Assembly (NCBI GenBank): GCA_037381445.1
Contig: JARRQT010000031.1
Span: 1-40,547 of the forward strand
Direction of reading: 5' to 3'
From: Calditrichia bacterium
Lineage (GTDB): Bacteria > Calditrichota > Calditrichia > RBG-13-44-9
DNA: 40,547 nucleotides
Shown here: piece after piece, positions 30,021 through 39,975 of the stretch
How positions within the stretch are numbered: the stretch's first letter is position 1
How the letters are laid out: each line of letters starts with the position of its first letter
The notes under the pieces: generated by a model
What the model saw: the letters and a program-made list of their open reading frames with translations, nothing else
Told to the model about the DNA's origin: nothing
Database searches by the model: none
Made by a program: the position numbers and the translations under genes

Positions 30021-32828
30021 ATGCATCGATGGAGAGAGTTGGATTTTGAAGCGAATGGCAGCGGCATTTCCCGGCCGTTGAGTCGGCAGATCAATCTGGT
30101 GGGAACACTACTGGGGCAGGCCATCCGAATAGAGGGCGGGGAAGAGAACTATGAGTTGGTTGAAAAGCTCCGGCGTTTGAGCAAGGAGGCCCAGCGCTCC
30201 GGCGATCAAAAAATTCTACAGCAGATCGCTGACGAAATTCATGGGCTCAGCTTTGAGCAGATTCAGCTCTTGCTGCGCGCTTATACGACCTTCTTCCATC
30301 TGGTGAACAAAGCCGAACAACTGGAAATCACGCGCATCAACCGGGAGCGGGAGAAAAAAGCCGACCCGGATCATCCTCGGGCTGAATCGGTGGCCGAAGC
30401 CGTCTTCAAACTGAAACAGCAGGGAAGAACGCTGGAAGAAGTGCGCAAGATTGTGGGCAAACTGGAGATTCAACCAACGCTTACCGCACATCCCACCGAA
30501 GCCCGTCGCCGCGGCATTCTGCAGAAGCAGCAGCATATCGCTGCCTTGCTGGACCATCTCTCCGGTCCGGATATTACGCCGTCGGAAAAAGAGGAAACCA
30601 TCACGGAAATCTATCACCACATTCTCCTGCTGCTGGCAACCGATGAGATCCGGGCCGAAAATCTCTCGGTTTATGATGAAGTCCAGCACGGGTTATATTT
30701 TTTCGCCCGCTCCATCTGGGAGACAATCCCCCGCATACATCAGGACTTGCAGGATGCACTGGAACTTTATTACGGTTCGAAAGAGGAAATCCCCATTTTT
30801 TTGCGGTTCCGCTCCTGGATTGGGGGAGACCGCGACGGCAATCCGAAGGTCACACCGCAGGTTACCCGCCGCACGTTGCGAATCCAGCGTGAAACCATCT
30901 TGCAGTTGTATCTGGAGGAATTGAAGGAATTGCGCAGGCATTTGAGTCTCTCATCCCGCCTGTTGCCCGTATCGGAGGAACTGACCGAGTCTCTGGAAGA
31001 AGATGCGGCGAACTATTTCCTGGATGAAAGCACTGTGAATTTCTACCGGTATGAGCCTTTCCGGCTGAAAATAAATTATATCATTGCAAAAATCGAAAGA
31101 TTATTGCAGGATGAGGATTCAAATACCGAGATGAAAAAAGAAGACAGACAGGGAAGCGTGCCGGTTTATGGTGCGGAAGCATTTATCTCCGATCTGGAAT
31201 TAATTCGCCGCTGTCTGCGGGAGAGCGGACTCATCGATATTTCCGAACGTGGTCCCCTGGCGAAACTGGCCATTCAGGCCAAAACGTTCGGTTTTTGCCT
31301 CATGCCGCTGGATATCCGGCAGCACAGCGCCGTCCACCAGAAGGCGGTGGCAGAGCTGCTCGACCTGGCAGGCGTCACCCATGACTATCTGAGTCTTTCG
31401 GAAGAAAAACGTCGTGAACTTCTTCGGAAAGAATTGCAGAATCCCAGGCCGTTGCTGCCTGGCGGCGCCACTGTTTCAGATTCTACCCGCCAAATGCTCG
31501 AGGTTTTTGAGGTGATGAAGCAGGGTCTGAAAACAGATCCCGATTGTCTGGGACTCTATGTCATCAGCATGACGCATCGCGTCAGTCATATGCTGGAAGT
31601 TCTGCTGCTGGCGAAAGAGACCGGATTGTGGTATATGAAAGATGATAAAGTGGTGTCCCCGCTGGATGTGGCCCCATTGATTGAAACGATCGGGGATCTG
31701 GAAAAAGCCGATGTCCTCATAAAAACCATTTTTGATGATCCGATTTACAGGAAACATTTGCAGTCGCGGCAGGACTTTCAGGAAATCATGCTGGGCTATT
31801 CCGACAGTAACAAGGACGGCGGTTACTGGATGGCAAACTGGGCCCTGCATCGCGCGCAGGAAAAGCTGGCGGCTATCTGCAACAAATATCATATCGAATT
31901 CCGGCTCTTCCATGGCCGGGGCGGTACCGTGGGCCGGGGCGGGGGCCGTGCCAATCAGGCCATTCTCTCCCTGCCGGCAGAAAGCCAGAACGGCAGAATC
32001 CGATTCACTGAGCAGGGGGAAGTCATCTCTTTCCGCTACGCCATGCCTGAAATTGCGCACCGCCACCTGGAACAGATTGTCAACGCCATGCTGCAGTCCA
32101 CCGCAAAGAATCTTTCCGGTAAGGATCCCTCCGAATTGGAGAATACCCGGCGCATGATGGACGCGATGGCCGGCCACTCCATGGATGCCTACCATTCGCT
32201 GATCAAAGCTCCCGGGTTCTGGAAATGGTACACGGAAATTACTCCTATAGAACATATTAGTCACTTGCCCATTGCTTCCCGGCCGGTTTCCCGGGCCTCC
32301 GGGGACTCTGTCGATTTTGACAGTCTTCGTGCCATCCCGTGGGTGTTCGCATGGACCCAGACCCGTTTTATCGTTCCCGGCTGGTATGGCACCGGAATCG
32401 CCCTGAAAACACTTATTGAGCAGGATGACGGAAATCTGGCAAAACTCCATAGGCTGTACCACGATTGGACCTTCTTCAGAACGCTTCTGGATAATGCACG
32501 ACAGGAAATGGCCCGGGCGCGCCTTGAGATTGCCCGCTTCTATAACAATTTGTCCGAACGGGATTTCAGCGAAAAAATACTGGATGAGTTCGATGAGGGG
32601 CGGGCCGCCATTCTTCAGATTACCGGAGATGATGCGTTGCTGGACAATCGGCCGGTAATTCAAAAATCAATTATGCTTCGGAATCCGTATACAGATGTGC
32701 TGAATCTGCTGCAGATTGAATTGATGCGCCGCTGGCGTGACGCGGAGGAATCCCAATATGAATCCCTGCGTTATGCATTATTTGTGAGCATTAACGGTAT
32801 TGCCGCCGCTATGCAAAGCACCGGTTGA
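30021..32828 (+). CDS. ppc: Phosphoenolpyruvate carboxylase
   Basis: LTAHPTE, SWIGGDRDGNP, QEIMLGYSDSNKDGG, FHGRGGTVGRGGG, LRAIPWVFAWTQ and C-terminal GIAAAMQSTG. Confidence 0.97.
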   Translation: MHRWRELDFEANGSGISRPLSRQINLVGTLLGQAIRIEGGEENYELVEKLRRLSKEAQRSGDQKILQQIADEIHGLSFEQIQLLLRAYTTFFHLVNKAEQLEITRINREREKKADPDHPRAESVAEAVFKLKQQGRTLEEVRKIVGKLEIQPTLTAHPTEARRRGILQKQQHIAALLDHLSGPDITPSEKEETITEIYHHILLLLATDEIRAENLSVYDEVQHGLYFFARSIWETIPRIHQDLQDALELYYGSKEEIPIFLRFRSWIGGDRDGNPKVTPQVTRRTLRIQRETILQLYLEELKELRRHLSLSSRLLPVSEELTESLEEDAANYFLDESTVNFYRYEPFRLKINYIIAKIERLLQDEDSNTEMKKEDRQGSVPVYGAEAFISDLELIRRCLRESGLIDISERGPLAKLAIQAKTFGFCLMPLDIRQHSAVHQKAVAELLDLAGVTHDYLSLSEEKRRELLRKELQNPRPLLPGGATVSDSTRQMLEVFEVMKQGLKTDPDCLGLYVISMTHRVSHMLEVLLLAKETGLWYMKDDKVVSPLDVAPLIETIGDLEKADVLIKTIFDDPIYRKHLQSRQDFQEIMLGYSDSNKDGGYWMANWALHRAQEKLAAICNKYHIEFRLFHGRGGTVGRGGGRANQAILSLPAESQNGRIRFTEQGEVISFRYAMPEIAHRHLEQIVNAMLQSTAKNLSGKDPSELENTRRMMDAMAGHSMDAYHSLIKAPGFWKWYTEITPIEHISHLPIASRPVSRASGDSVDFDSLRAIPWVFAWTQTRFIVPGWYGTGIALKTLIEQDDGNLAKLHRLYHDWTFFRTLLDNARQEMARARLEIARFYNNLSERDFSEKILDEFDEGRAAILQITGDDALLDNRPVIQKSIMLRNPYTDVLNLLQIELMRRWRDAEESQYESLRYALFVSINGIAAAMQSTG

Positions 32829-33201
32829 AAGTCAGGAAATTTCAACGGTCTTCAGTTTAGCAGAGCATGCGACAAAAAGCTGGTTCCGGCATGGAGAAAG
32901 CATTCGCCCCCAAATGATTGCAGCGGGGCCCATTGAGCCTAAATTCGCAGCCGGCAGTTTGAACATGGAAATTGAAGATAATTTTCGTAACTTTCTGCGG
33001 AGAGCAGGAGTTGAATTGCGATAAAGTGTGTTTTGATTAAGACTTGGATAAACACTCATCTTCAGCCTCATTTTTATGGCATATCTTCCGGCCCATTCTG
33101 TGGCCGTCAATTGTGCCCGTTTTCCGGCACGAATAGTCAATCAGCAATTTTTATTATCGAAAATATTCCGAGATCGGCAGCTTAAAAAGTAAGGAGGGGT
33201 C

Positions 33202-33813
33202 ATGAGAGCGGTTGTGATGTCAATAGTCATCGGGTATATTCTGGTGCTGGCGGGGATAAGTCCCGCCGATGCGCAAGATTTCCCCACGGATCAGGGCAGC
33301 TTTCTGGTGATGGGAGGATTCTCCTTTTCCAGTGCGGGGGGCGATCTTTACAAGAATTCCGAGAATGATCGGTTCAACACCCTGCAGCTCAATCCTTCCG
33401 TAAACTATTTTGCTATTCCCGGTCTGGCGCTGGGCGGTAAATTAATCTATAATCGAAATTCCCAGGGCGATATCAGCAGCACACTCTGGTCGGTAGGACC
33501 CAATCTCATGTATTTTGTCGGCGGAACGCAAGGTATACCACAATCCAAAGGAGTCACATATCCCTACATTTCCGCAGGCTTCCTTTACGGCAAGATAAAA
33601 AATTCCTACTCCATTCTGGGTAGTAAAGGCAGTTCAACCACCTCACAAACCGTTTTCAATTTTGGGGCGGGCATGATGTATATTGTAACCAATACGGTAG
33701 GACTTTTTGGTGAAGGCAATTTTGAGCTGGACAGCATGAAGCCAAAAAATGGTAATTCTGTGAATGGGAATAAGTTCAATATCGTTGCCGGCTTCTCTAT
33801 TTTTATTTATTAG
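33202..33813 (+). CDS. Small (about 8-stranded) outer-membrane beta-barrel protein
   Basis: Signal peptide, alternating beta-strand pattern, YPYISAG and terminal AGFSIFIY; strong RBS AAGGAGG. Confidence 0.8.
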   Translation: MRAVVMSIVIGYILVLAGISPADAQDFPTDQGSFLVMGGFSFSSAGGDLYKNSENDRFNTLQLNPSVNYFAIPGLALGGKLIYNRNSQGDISSTLWSVGPNLMYFVGGTQGIPQSKGVTYPYISAGFLYGKIKNSYSILGSKGSSTTSQTVFNFGAGMMYIVTNTVGLFGEGNFELDSMKPKNGNSVNGNKFNIVAGFSIFIY

Positions 33814-33991
33814 GACCGTAAAATTGGTTTCAGGCTGATGTTCATTTGCGAGCTATTGACAGCTTTTTCGGGGCCGGGTAAGGGCAGTGTGGAACGAAAC
33901 AGATGAGATTTGAGTGATTTGCCTCCGATTTTCGGGGAATAGTGCGGCTAATGCAAACAAAATATGGCATATCTAAGACAGGAGAAGCTGA

Positions 33992-34750
33992 ATGAATCCG
34001 GAAAACAGTGTTGCGATTGTCACCGGAGGCGGACAGGGAATCGGAAAGGCGGTTGCCCTGCGGCTGCTGAAGGACGGAATGAAAGTCGTTATCGCGGAAA
34101 TCGATGTGGAAGCAGGGGAAGAGACTACGCATGAGCTGAAAGAACTGGGCGACGTGCGCTTTATTCAGTGTGATGTCGCAAGCGAGACTTCAGTGAAGAA
34201 TATGATTCAAAAATCAGTGGAATATTTTAGCGGCATCCGTGTTTTGGTTAACAATGCCGCCGTCGCCGCAAACAAACCGTTGGGAGAGCTCAGTTTTGAA
34301 GAGTGGAGCAGGGTTATCGGAGTGAATCTGTCCGGTGCGTTTTTATGTGCGAAATATGCTGCGCCCCATTTGAGGGAAAGCGGGGGCGCTGTCATTAACC
34401 TTGCTTCCACCCGGGCTTTCATGTCAGAGGCCAATACCGAAGCCTATTCGGCAAGCAAAGGCGGGATTTTCGCGCTGACCCATGCGCTTGCCGTAAGTTT
34501 GGGATCCGAAGTCAGGGTCAATTGCATAAGTCCCGGCTGGATTGAAACCGGGGAATGGCAAAAAACCTCGCGGCGGGAGAAGGCGCAATTAAGACCGGAA
34601 GATCACGGGCAGCATCCCGCGGGCAGGGTAGGACGGCCGGAGGACATTGCTTCTGCGGTGGCTTTCCTGATTTCTGAAGAGAATTCATTTATTACAGGCG
34701 CAAATTTTATCATTGACGGCGGGATGACGGGAAAAATGATCTACGTGTAG
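33992..34750 (+). CDS. Short-chain dehydrogenase/reductase (classical SDR)
   Basis: TGGGQGIG, NNAA, catalytic YSASK and NCISPGWI. Confidence 0.95.
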   Translation: MNPENSVAIVTGGGQGIGKAVALRLLKDGMKVVIAEIDVEAGEETTHELKELGDVRFIQCDVASETSVKNMIQKSVEYFSGIRVLVNNAAVAANKPLGELSFEEWSRVIGVNLSGAFLCAKYAAPHLRESGGAVINLASTRAFMSEANTEAYSASKGGIFALTHALAVSLGSEVRVNCISPGWIETGEWQKTSRREKAQLRPEDHGQHPAGRVGRPEDIASAVAFLISEENSFITGANFIIDGGMTGKMIYV

Positions 34751-34805
34751 GATTTATTTTATTGTATGGAAGGCGACTTTTGGGTTTAATCCAGGAGGTG
34801 CTGAA

Positions 34806-37800
34806 ATGGACGAAATGCGCAAAACAAAATCGAAACTTACGCGGCATATGGAAGAATCGACAGACCGCGCCAAAATACTGGAGGCGATGGAACGCGAATA
34901 CGAAGAAACCCGGAAGGAGCTGGAGCGGATCAACAGGGCATATAAGACCCTGAGCGAATGCAATCAGGTTCTGGTGCGCGTCAAAGAAGAAAGCCAATTG
35001 CTGCAGGACATTTGCCATCTCATTGTGGATGTGGGCGGCTACCGTCTGGCATGGGTAGGAATGGCCCTCAATGATAAACGCAAATCTGTGCGCGCGGTAG
35101 CCCAGAGCGGATTTGAGGATGGTTATCTCAAGAGTATCAATATCAGTTGGGCGGACAATAAACTGGGTCGCGGACCCACCGGAACTGCTATCCGAACCGG
35201 ACGGCCGTCGAAGGTGCGGAGCATCATAAGCGATCCCGATTATACGCCGTGGCGCAAGGAAGCCGCGAAGCGCGGATTTGAATCATCGATTGCCCTGCCG
35301 TTGATAACGGAAAATCAAACACTGGGAGCCCTCAATATTTACGCAACGGAACCGGATGCATTTGATGCGCAGGAAGAACAGCTATTGCTCGAGCTGGCCC
35401 GCGATATTGCCTATGGAATCATGGCTCTTCGCCACCGAAAAGAGCAGGAGAAAGCGGAATCGAAACTGCGGGAAAGAGAAAATCTCTTTCGCTCCCTTAC
35501 CGAGACAACCACCTCGGCCATCTTTATTGTTCAGGGAGATCATTTCAAATACATGAACCAGGCGGGAATAAATATTACCGGCTATAGCCTGGAGGAACTA
35601 TACCAGATGAAATTCTGGGATGTCGTGCACCCGGATCAGCGGGAGGTAATAAAAAGCAGGGGACTGGCGAGGCAGAAAGGAGAGGCGGTTGAGCCTCACT
35701 ATACTTTTAGAATCGTCCGGAGAGATGGAACTGAGCGATGGCTCGATTTTACTGCTACTTATATTGAATACGAGGGCAAACCTGCCATGCTCGGCACCGC
35801 CTTTGATATTACCGGGCTCAAAGAATCGGAGAAAGCCCTGCAGGATTCCGAATTTAAATTCCGGACCCTCGCCGATTTTACCTATGACTGGGAATTCTGG
35901 ATGGATCCGTCCGGCAAATTTATTTACGTGAGCCCCTCCTGTGAGAGAATATCCGGCTACCAGCCGAAAGATTTCCTGGATTCCGACAGGCTGTTCATGA
36001 ATATTATTCACCCTGACGACCGCGTAAAAATTCAGAAGAGACTGGAAATCTGGGTGTCCATGGTATCCAATCCAATTAGAGACAATAACGGGAATTTTTT
36101 CGGCGTCAGGGGTTCAATTCGGGACATCTCGGAGCGGGTAAAAGCAGAAGAGGATTTGCGCAAAAGTGAAGAACACTATCGCTTTCTCTTCGAAAAACAG
36201 GGCGAGGGAATGGCATTCATTGACCCGGAGGAAAATTTTGCTTTCAGCAATTCTGTGGCAGAATCAGTTTTTGGGCTGCCCCCCGGAAAATTGGACGGGA
36301 GGAACCTCCGGGAATTTATGAGTCCGGAGAGTTTTAAATTTATTCAGAAACAAACGGGTAAAAGACGCCACGGTGAGAAGAGCACCTATACCATTGAGAT
36401 AATCCGGCCGGATGGCGAAAAGCGTTTGCTGCTGGTTACTGCCACCCCGCAATTCGACGACAGCGGGCAATATCAGGGGGCGTTCGGCATTTTTAGGGAT
36501 GATACCGTTCGGCAGCAGACTCAGATTGCGCTTCGCGAATCGGAGGAAAAATACCGGCTGGTGGTGGAAAATGCCAATGAAGCGATTTATGTTGTGCAGA
36601 ACGACCTGATTGTTTTTGTTAATCCCAAATTGAGTGAATTGACGGGTTTCTCCGGAGAAGAGCTGTCGGGCAAGCCTCTGGCAGATTTGCTCCATCCCGA
36701 AGGTCGAAATATGGTTTTGAAGCAGATGGACAGTCGATTAAAAGGGGAGAAAGACTCTCAGCCTTTCTCTTTCCGGATATTAAGCAAACAGAATGATGTG
36801 AAATGGATCGAATGTACTTCGGTATTTATCACATGGGAAAATAAGCCGGCCACGCTCAACTTTTTGCTGGACGTTACTGAACGGAAAGCCATTGAGAAGG
36901 AAAAGGAGCATATCCAGGCACAACTGCTTCATGCCCAGAAAATGGAGGCCATCGGCACCTTGGCCGGCGGACTGGCCCACGATTTCAATAATTTATTGAC
37001 CACCATCCAGGGCTACGCCGATCTGGCACTGATGACCATCGATGAATCACACCGCTTCTACTGGAATTTCAAACAGATCAACCGCGCTGTGGTCCGCGCC
37101 GCAGGCCTTACCAGCCAGCTCTTACTCTTCAGCCGGAAGCAGCCGGCCGAGGTCAAGTTGGTGGATTTAAACGAATCGGTGGAGCATCTGCTGCTGATGG
37201 TGAAGCGGATTATTGGCAGGGAAATTGAGATCATCAACGATTTGGATCCGGATTTATGGGGGATCATGGGAGATTCCGGCAATATTGAACAAATTGTGAT
37301 GAATCTGCTGCTGAACGCCCGGGACGCCATGCCTGGCGGCGGGAATGTCAAAGTTAAAACGGAGAATACGGTTTTCGATACCAAAAAGGCATTGGCGGTC
37401 AGTGATGCCCGCCCAGGCCGGTTTGTCCTGTTATCGGTCACTGACAACGGAACAGGGATGGAACCGGAAGTGCTTGAGCATATCTTCGAGCCGTTCTTTA
37501 CCACCAAAGAAACGGGAAAAGGCACCGGACTTGGCCTGTCGGTTGTTTACGGCATTGTCAAGCAGCATCAGGGATGGATCAATGTTTCAAGCAAAAAAGG
37601 AGAAGGAACCAATTTTCAGATTTATTTTCCGGCAACTCTGGCAAAAAGACGAAAAAGTGAGGTCAGGAAGATAGAATTAAGAGACCTTCCTACCCGTCGG
37701 GAGCGGATCCTTTATATTGAAGATGAAAAAGAAATCCGGGATTTTTCCACAATTATTTTAAAGGAATATGAGTATACGGTTATTCCCGCCGCCAGTGCAA

Positions 37801-38069
37801 AGGAAGCGCTCGAAGTGTTCAAAAAAGAGAAAGGGAATTTTGACCTCATTTTCAGCGATGTCGTGCTGCCCGACGGAAACGGCATTCAACTCGTGGAAAA
37901 GCTGCTGGAATCTGCGCCGGAACTGCCGGTACTGTTCACCAGCGGCTATATGGATAATCGCTCCCAGTGGCCTGTCATTCAGGAAAAGGGATACGCCTTC
38001 CTCAAAAAGCCATACTCGCTCACTGAGCTGGTAAAAACCATTCATGAAGTCCTGAGTAAAAAAGAGTAG
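34806..38069 (+). CDS. Cytoplasmic hybrid sensor histidine kinase (GAF-4xPAS-HisKA-HATPase-REC)
   Basis: GAF (GRGPTGTAIRTG, SSIALPL), four PAS/PAC units, H-box AHDFNNLL, N-box NLLLNARDAM, DNGTGM, FFTTK..GTGLGL, and REC with SDVVLP. Confidence 0.93.
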   Translation: MDEMRKTKSKLTRHMEESTDRAKILEAMEREYEETRKELERINRAYKTLSECNQVLVRVKEESQLLQDICHLIVDVGGYRLAWVGMALNDKRKSVRAVAQSGFEDGYLKSINISWADNKLGRGPTGTAIRTGRPSKVRSIISDPDYTPWRKEAAKRGFESSIALPLITENQTLGALNIYATEPDAFDAQEEQLLLELARDIAYGIMALRHRKEQEKAESKLRERENLFRSLTETTTSAIFIVQGDHFKYMNQAGINITGYSLEELYQMKFWDVVHPDQREVIKSRGLARQKGEAVEPHYTFRIVRRDGTERWLDFTATYIEYEGKPAMLGTAFDITGLKESEKALQDSEFKFRTLADFTYDWEFWMDPSGKFIYVSPSCERISGYQPKDFLDSDRLFMNIIHPDDRVKIQKRLEIWVSMVSNPIRDNNGNFFGVRGSIRDISERVKAEEDLRKSEEHYRFLFEKQGEGMAFIDPEENFAFSNSVAESVFGLPPGKLDGRNLREFMSPESFKFIQKQTGKRRHGEKSTYTIEIIRPDGEKRLLLVTATPQFDDSGQYQGAFGIFRDDTVRQQTQIALRESEEKYRLVVENANEAIYVVQNDLIVFVNPKLSELTGFSGEELSGKPLADLLHPEGRNMVLKQMDSRLKGEKDSQPFSFRILSKQNDVKWIECTSVFITWENKPATLNFLLDVTERKAIEKEKEHIQAQLLHAQKMEAIGTLAGGLAHDFNNLLTTIQGYADLALMTIDESHRFYWNFKQINRAVVRAAGLTSQLLLFSRKQPAEVKLVDLNESVEHLLLMVKRIIGREIEIINDLDPDLWGIMGDSGNIEQIVMNLLLNARDAMPGGGNVKVKTENTVFDTKKALAVSDARPGRFVLLSVTDNGTGMEPEVLEHIFEPFFTTKETGKGTGLGLSVVYGIVKQHQGWINVSSKKGEGTNFQIYFPATLAKRRKSEVRKIELRDLPTRRERILYIEDEKEIRDFSTIILKEYEYTVIPAASAKEALEVFKKEKGNFDLIFSDVVLPDGNGIQLVEKLLESAPELPVLFTSGYMDNRSQWPVIQEKGYAFLKKPYSLTELVKTIHEVLSKKE

Positions 38070-38251
38070 ATTTGTCCTGCACATCAGCCGGATCTTTTGC
38101 GGATAAGCTGGGTTCAGCACCCAATCTGAAATGTCCTGTCACTTTTTTGTGATTTTTCGGCGATTTGCAAAACATTTCTCAATATTTTCCGTATTTTGGT
38201 GAGGCTGATTTTGCCGGAAAATACAAAATGCAAAATGGAGGCTTGTTGAAA

Positions 38252-39373
38252 ATGAACCTGAAAAGTTGCCTTTTTGGACACATCAAAAATTTTACACCTT
38301 TCAAAAATCTTTTCCCGTTTTTATTTCTGATTTTTTGTTTTTTCTCGTTTTCCGGGAATTTGGCTGCGCAAAGTCTTGACATCCCGACCCGCCATTCTGG
38401 CATCAGTTTTGGAAATTCAAAGGTCTTCAATGGGCTGAGAATAAATTTCCGGGACAACCAGGTTGAAAGAATTAATGGAATAAATGTCACCCTGTGGAGC
38501 GCCAAAGAAAACAAAAATGCGGTTGTGAACGGATTGTCTCTTGGGCTGGTCGCGCCGGAAGCTGCCTATCTCAAAGGTCTCTCAATCGGTGTATTGGGTG
38601 TCGCTGCTGAAAAAGACCTTTCCGGAATTCAGGTTGGATTGCTGGGTGCCGGCGCGGGAGGAAATGTCTCGGGCATCACTATCGGTGGATTAGGGGCTGG
38701 TTCGGGCGGTGACATCTCCGGGCTGGTCATTGGCGGATTGGGCGCCGGCAGCGGCGGTTCCCTTAAGGGAGCGATTCTGGCCGGTCTGGGTGGCGGCTGC
38801 AACGGCGACCTTACCGGTATTGCTTTTGGCGGTCTGGGATTTGGTGCCCAGGGAAATATCCGGGGACTGGCGGTTGGCTTGCTGGGCGTTGGCGGGGGAC
38901 AGGATATCACCGGTATAACCTTTGGCGGTCTGGGCGCGGGAGCCAGCGGAAATATGACGGGGCTGAATATCGGGGGGATCGGAATCGGTGCCGGAAAGGA
39001 CCTTTCCGGAATTACCTTCGGCGGTGTGGGCGCCGGATGCGGGAATGAGCTCAAGGGCGTCACGATCTGTGGGATTGGCGCCGGTGCCCCCACTATCAAA
39101 GGCGTGACACTTGCCGGAATCGCGGTTGGCGGAGATAGAATTTCGGGGGCCAGTTTGGCGCTGGGTATGATCAAAATTCAACATGATGGCGCCCTGAAAG
39201 GATTTGCCGCCAGCGCCTATAATCAGATTAAAGGCCGGCAAACCGGGGTGGCCCTGGGGGTTTTCAATTACGCCTGGCAGTTGAACGGAATCCAGATCGG
39301 CCTGATCAATTACGTACGGGACAATCCCAAATATCTGAAGGTCCTTCCGCTTTTTAATGCGCATTTCAAATAG
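38252..39373 (+). CDS. Exported Gly-rich 16-aa-repeat protein (LA_2272-like surface repeat)
   Basis: Signal peptide; about 11 repeats like ISGITFGGLGAGAGGD; ends GIQIGLINY..LPLFNAHFK. The start is likely ATG at 38252 after GGAGG (ORF track gives 38165). Confidence 0.75.
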   Translation: MNLKSCLFGHIKNFTPFKNLFPFLFLIFCFFSFSGNLAAQSLDIPTRHSGISFGNSKVFNGLRINFRDNQVERINGINVTLWSAKENKNAVVNGLSLGLVAPEAAYLKGLSIGVLGVAAEKDLSGIQVGLLGAGAGGNVSGITIGGLGAGSGGDISGLVIGGLGAGSGGSLKGAILAGLGGGCNGDLTGIAFGGLGFGAQGNIRGLAVGLLGVGGGQDITGITFGGLGAGASGNMTGLNIGGIGIGAGKDLSGITFGGVGAGCGNELKGVTICGIGAGAPTIKGVTLAGIAVGGDRISGASLALGMIKIQHDGALKGFAASAYNQIKGRQTGVALGVFNYAWQLNGIQIGLINYVRDNPKYLKVLPLFNAHFK

Positions 39374-39384
39374 ACAGAAAAATT

Positions 39385-39429
39385 GCCGGCGGCGATATGG
39401 CAGAATCTATATCGCCGTGCCGGCTTTTT
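39385..39429 (+). terminator. Rho-independent terminator after the Gly-rich repeat gene
   Basis: GCCGGCGGCGATAT...ATATCGCCGTGCCGGC (bulged stem) followed by TTTTT. Confidence 0.7.
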
Positions 39430-39975
39430 ATCTGTAATCCTGAATTCGGTTATGGCCTACGTAAAAGGCCAAATCATTCCTGTGATCCGATCCAACGGGA
39501 ATCCGTTTTGGGCACGGATCCTGCTATTCCTTTTGATGCAACGCCTCTGCTTCATTTTCTTTCATCGCGACAGCCGAAATTATAGATTGATGGAAGCCTG
39601 CCCAGGGCGGATGCACCCGCGGCCCGCCGGGAACTCAAGCCTCTCCTGTTCCGTTCATATATACGATTTTATTTTGCTTTAATTTTTGAGTGTCTTCCTG
39701 GTTTTTGGGAATAGATTACCGATAACAATTTTACATTTTGAGGGTACAGGAGGGATGCAAATCTTGCGGAACCATAGATAAAAATTTCATATTTTATACT
39801 TCCCTCAAAATAAGAACCGTTCTGTTTCAGCGGAATAAGCTTGTCATTTGAGAAGCAGCATCAGGCGGCTGCATTCCCTGCGGCGGGGCTTCATTGATCG
39901 GACTGTCAATTGAAGGAGATGTGATAGTAATCAAATCAAAAATCAAATCATAATACAATTGCAGAGGAGGTTTTC

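Noticed and set aside
31476..32663. 395-aa minus-strand ORF
   Set aside because: Antisense shadow of ppc, explained by codon bias.
32800..33140. Short ORFs between ppc and the OMP gene
   Set aside because: No RBS or motifs, and the two ORFs overlap on opposite strands.
38629..39364. Pro-rich minus-strand ORFs
   Set aside because: Mirror of the Gly (GGN) codons of the repeat protein.
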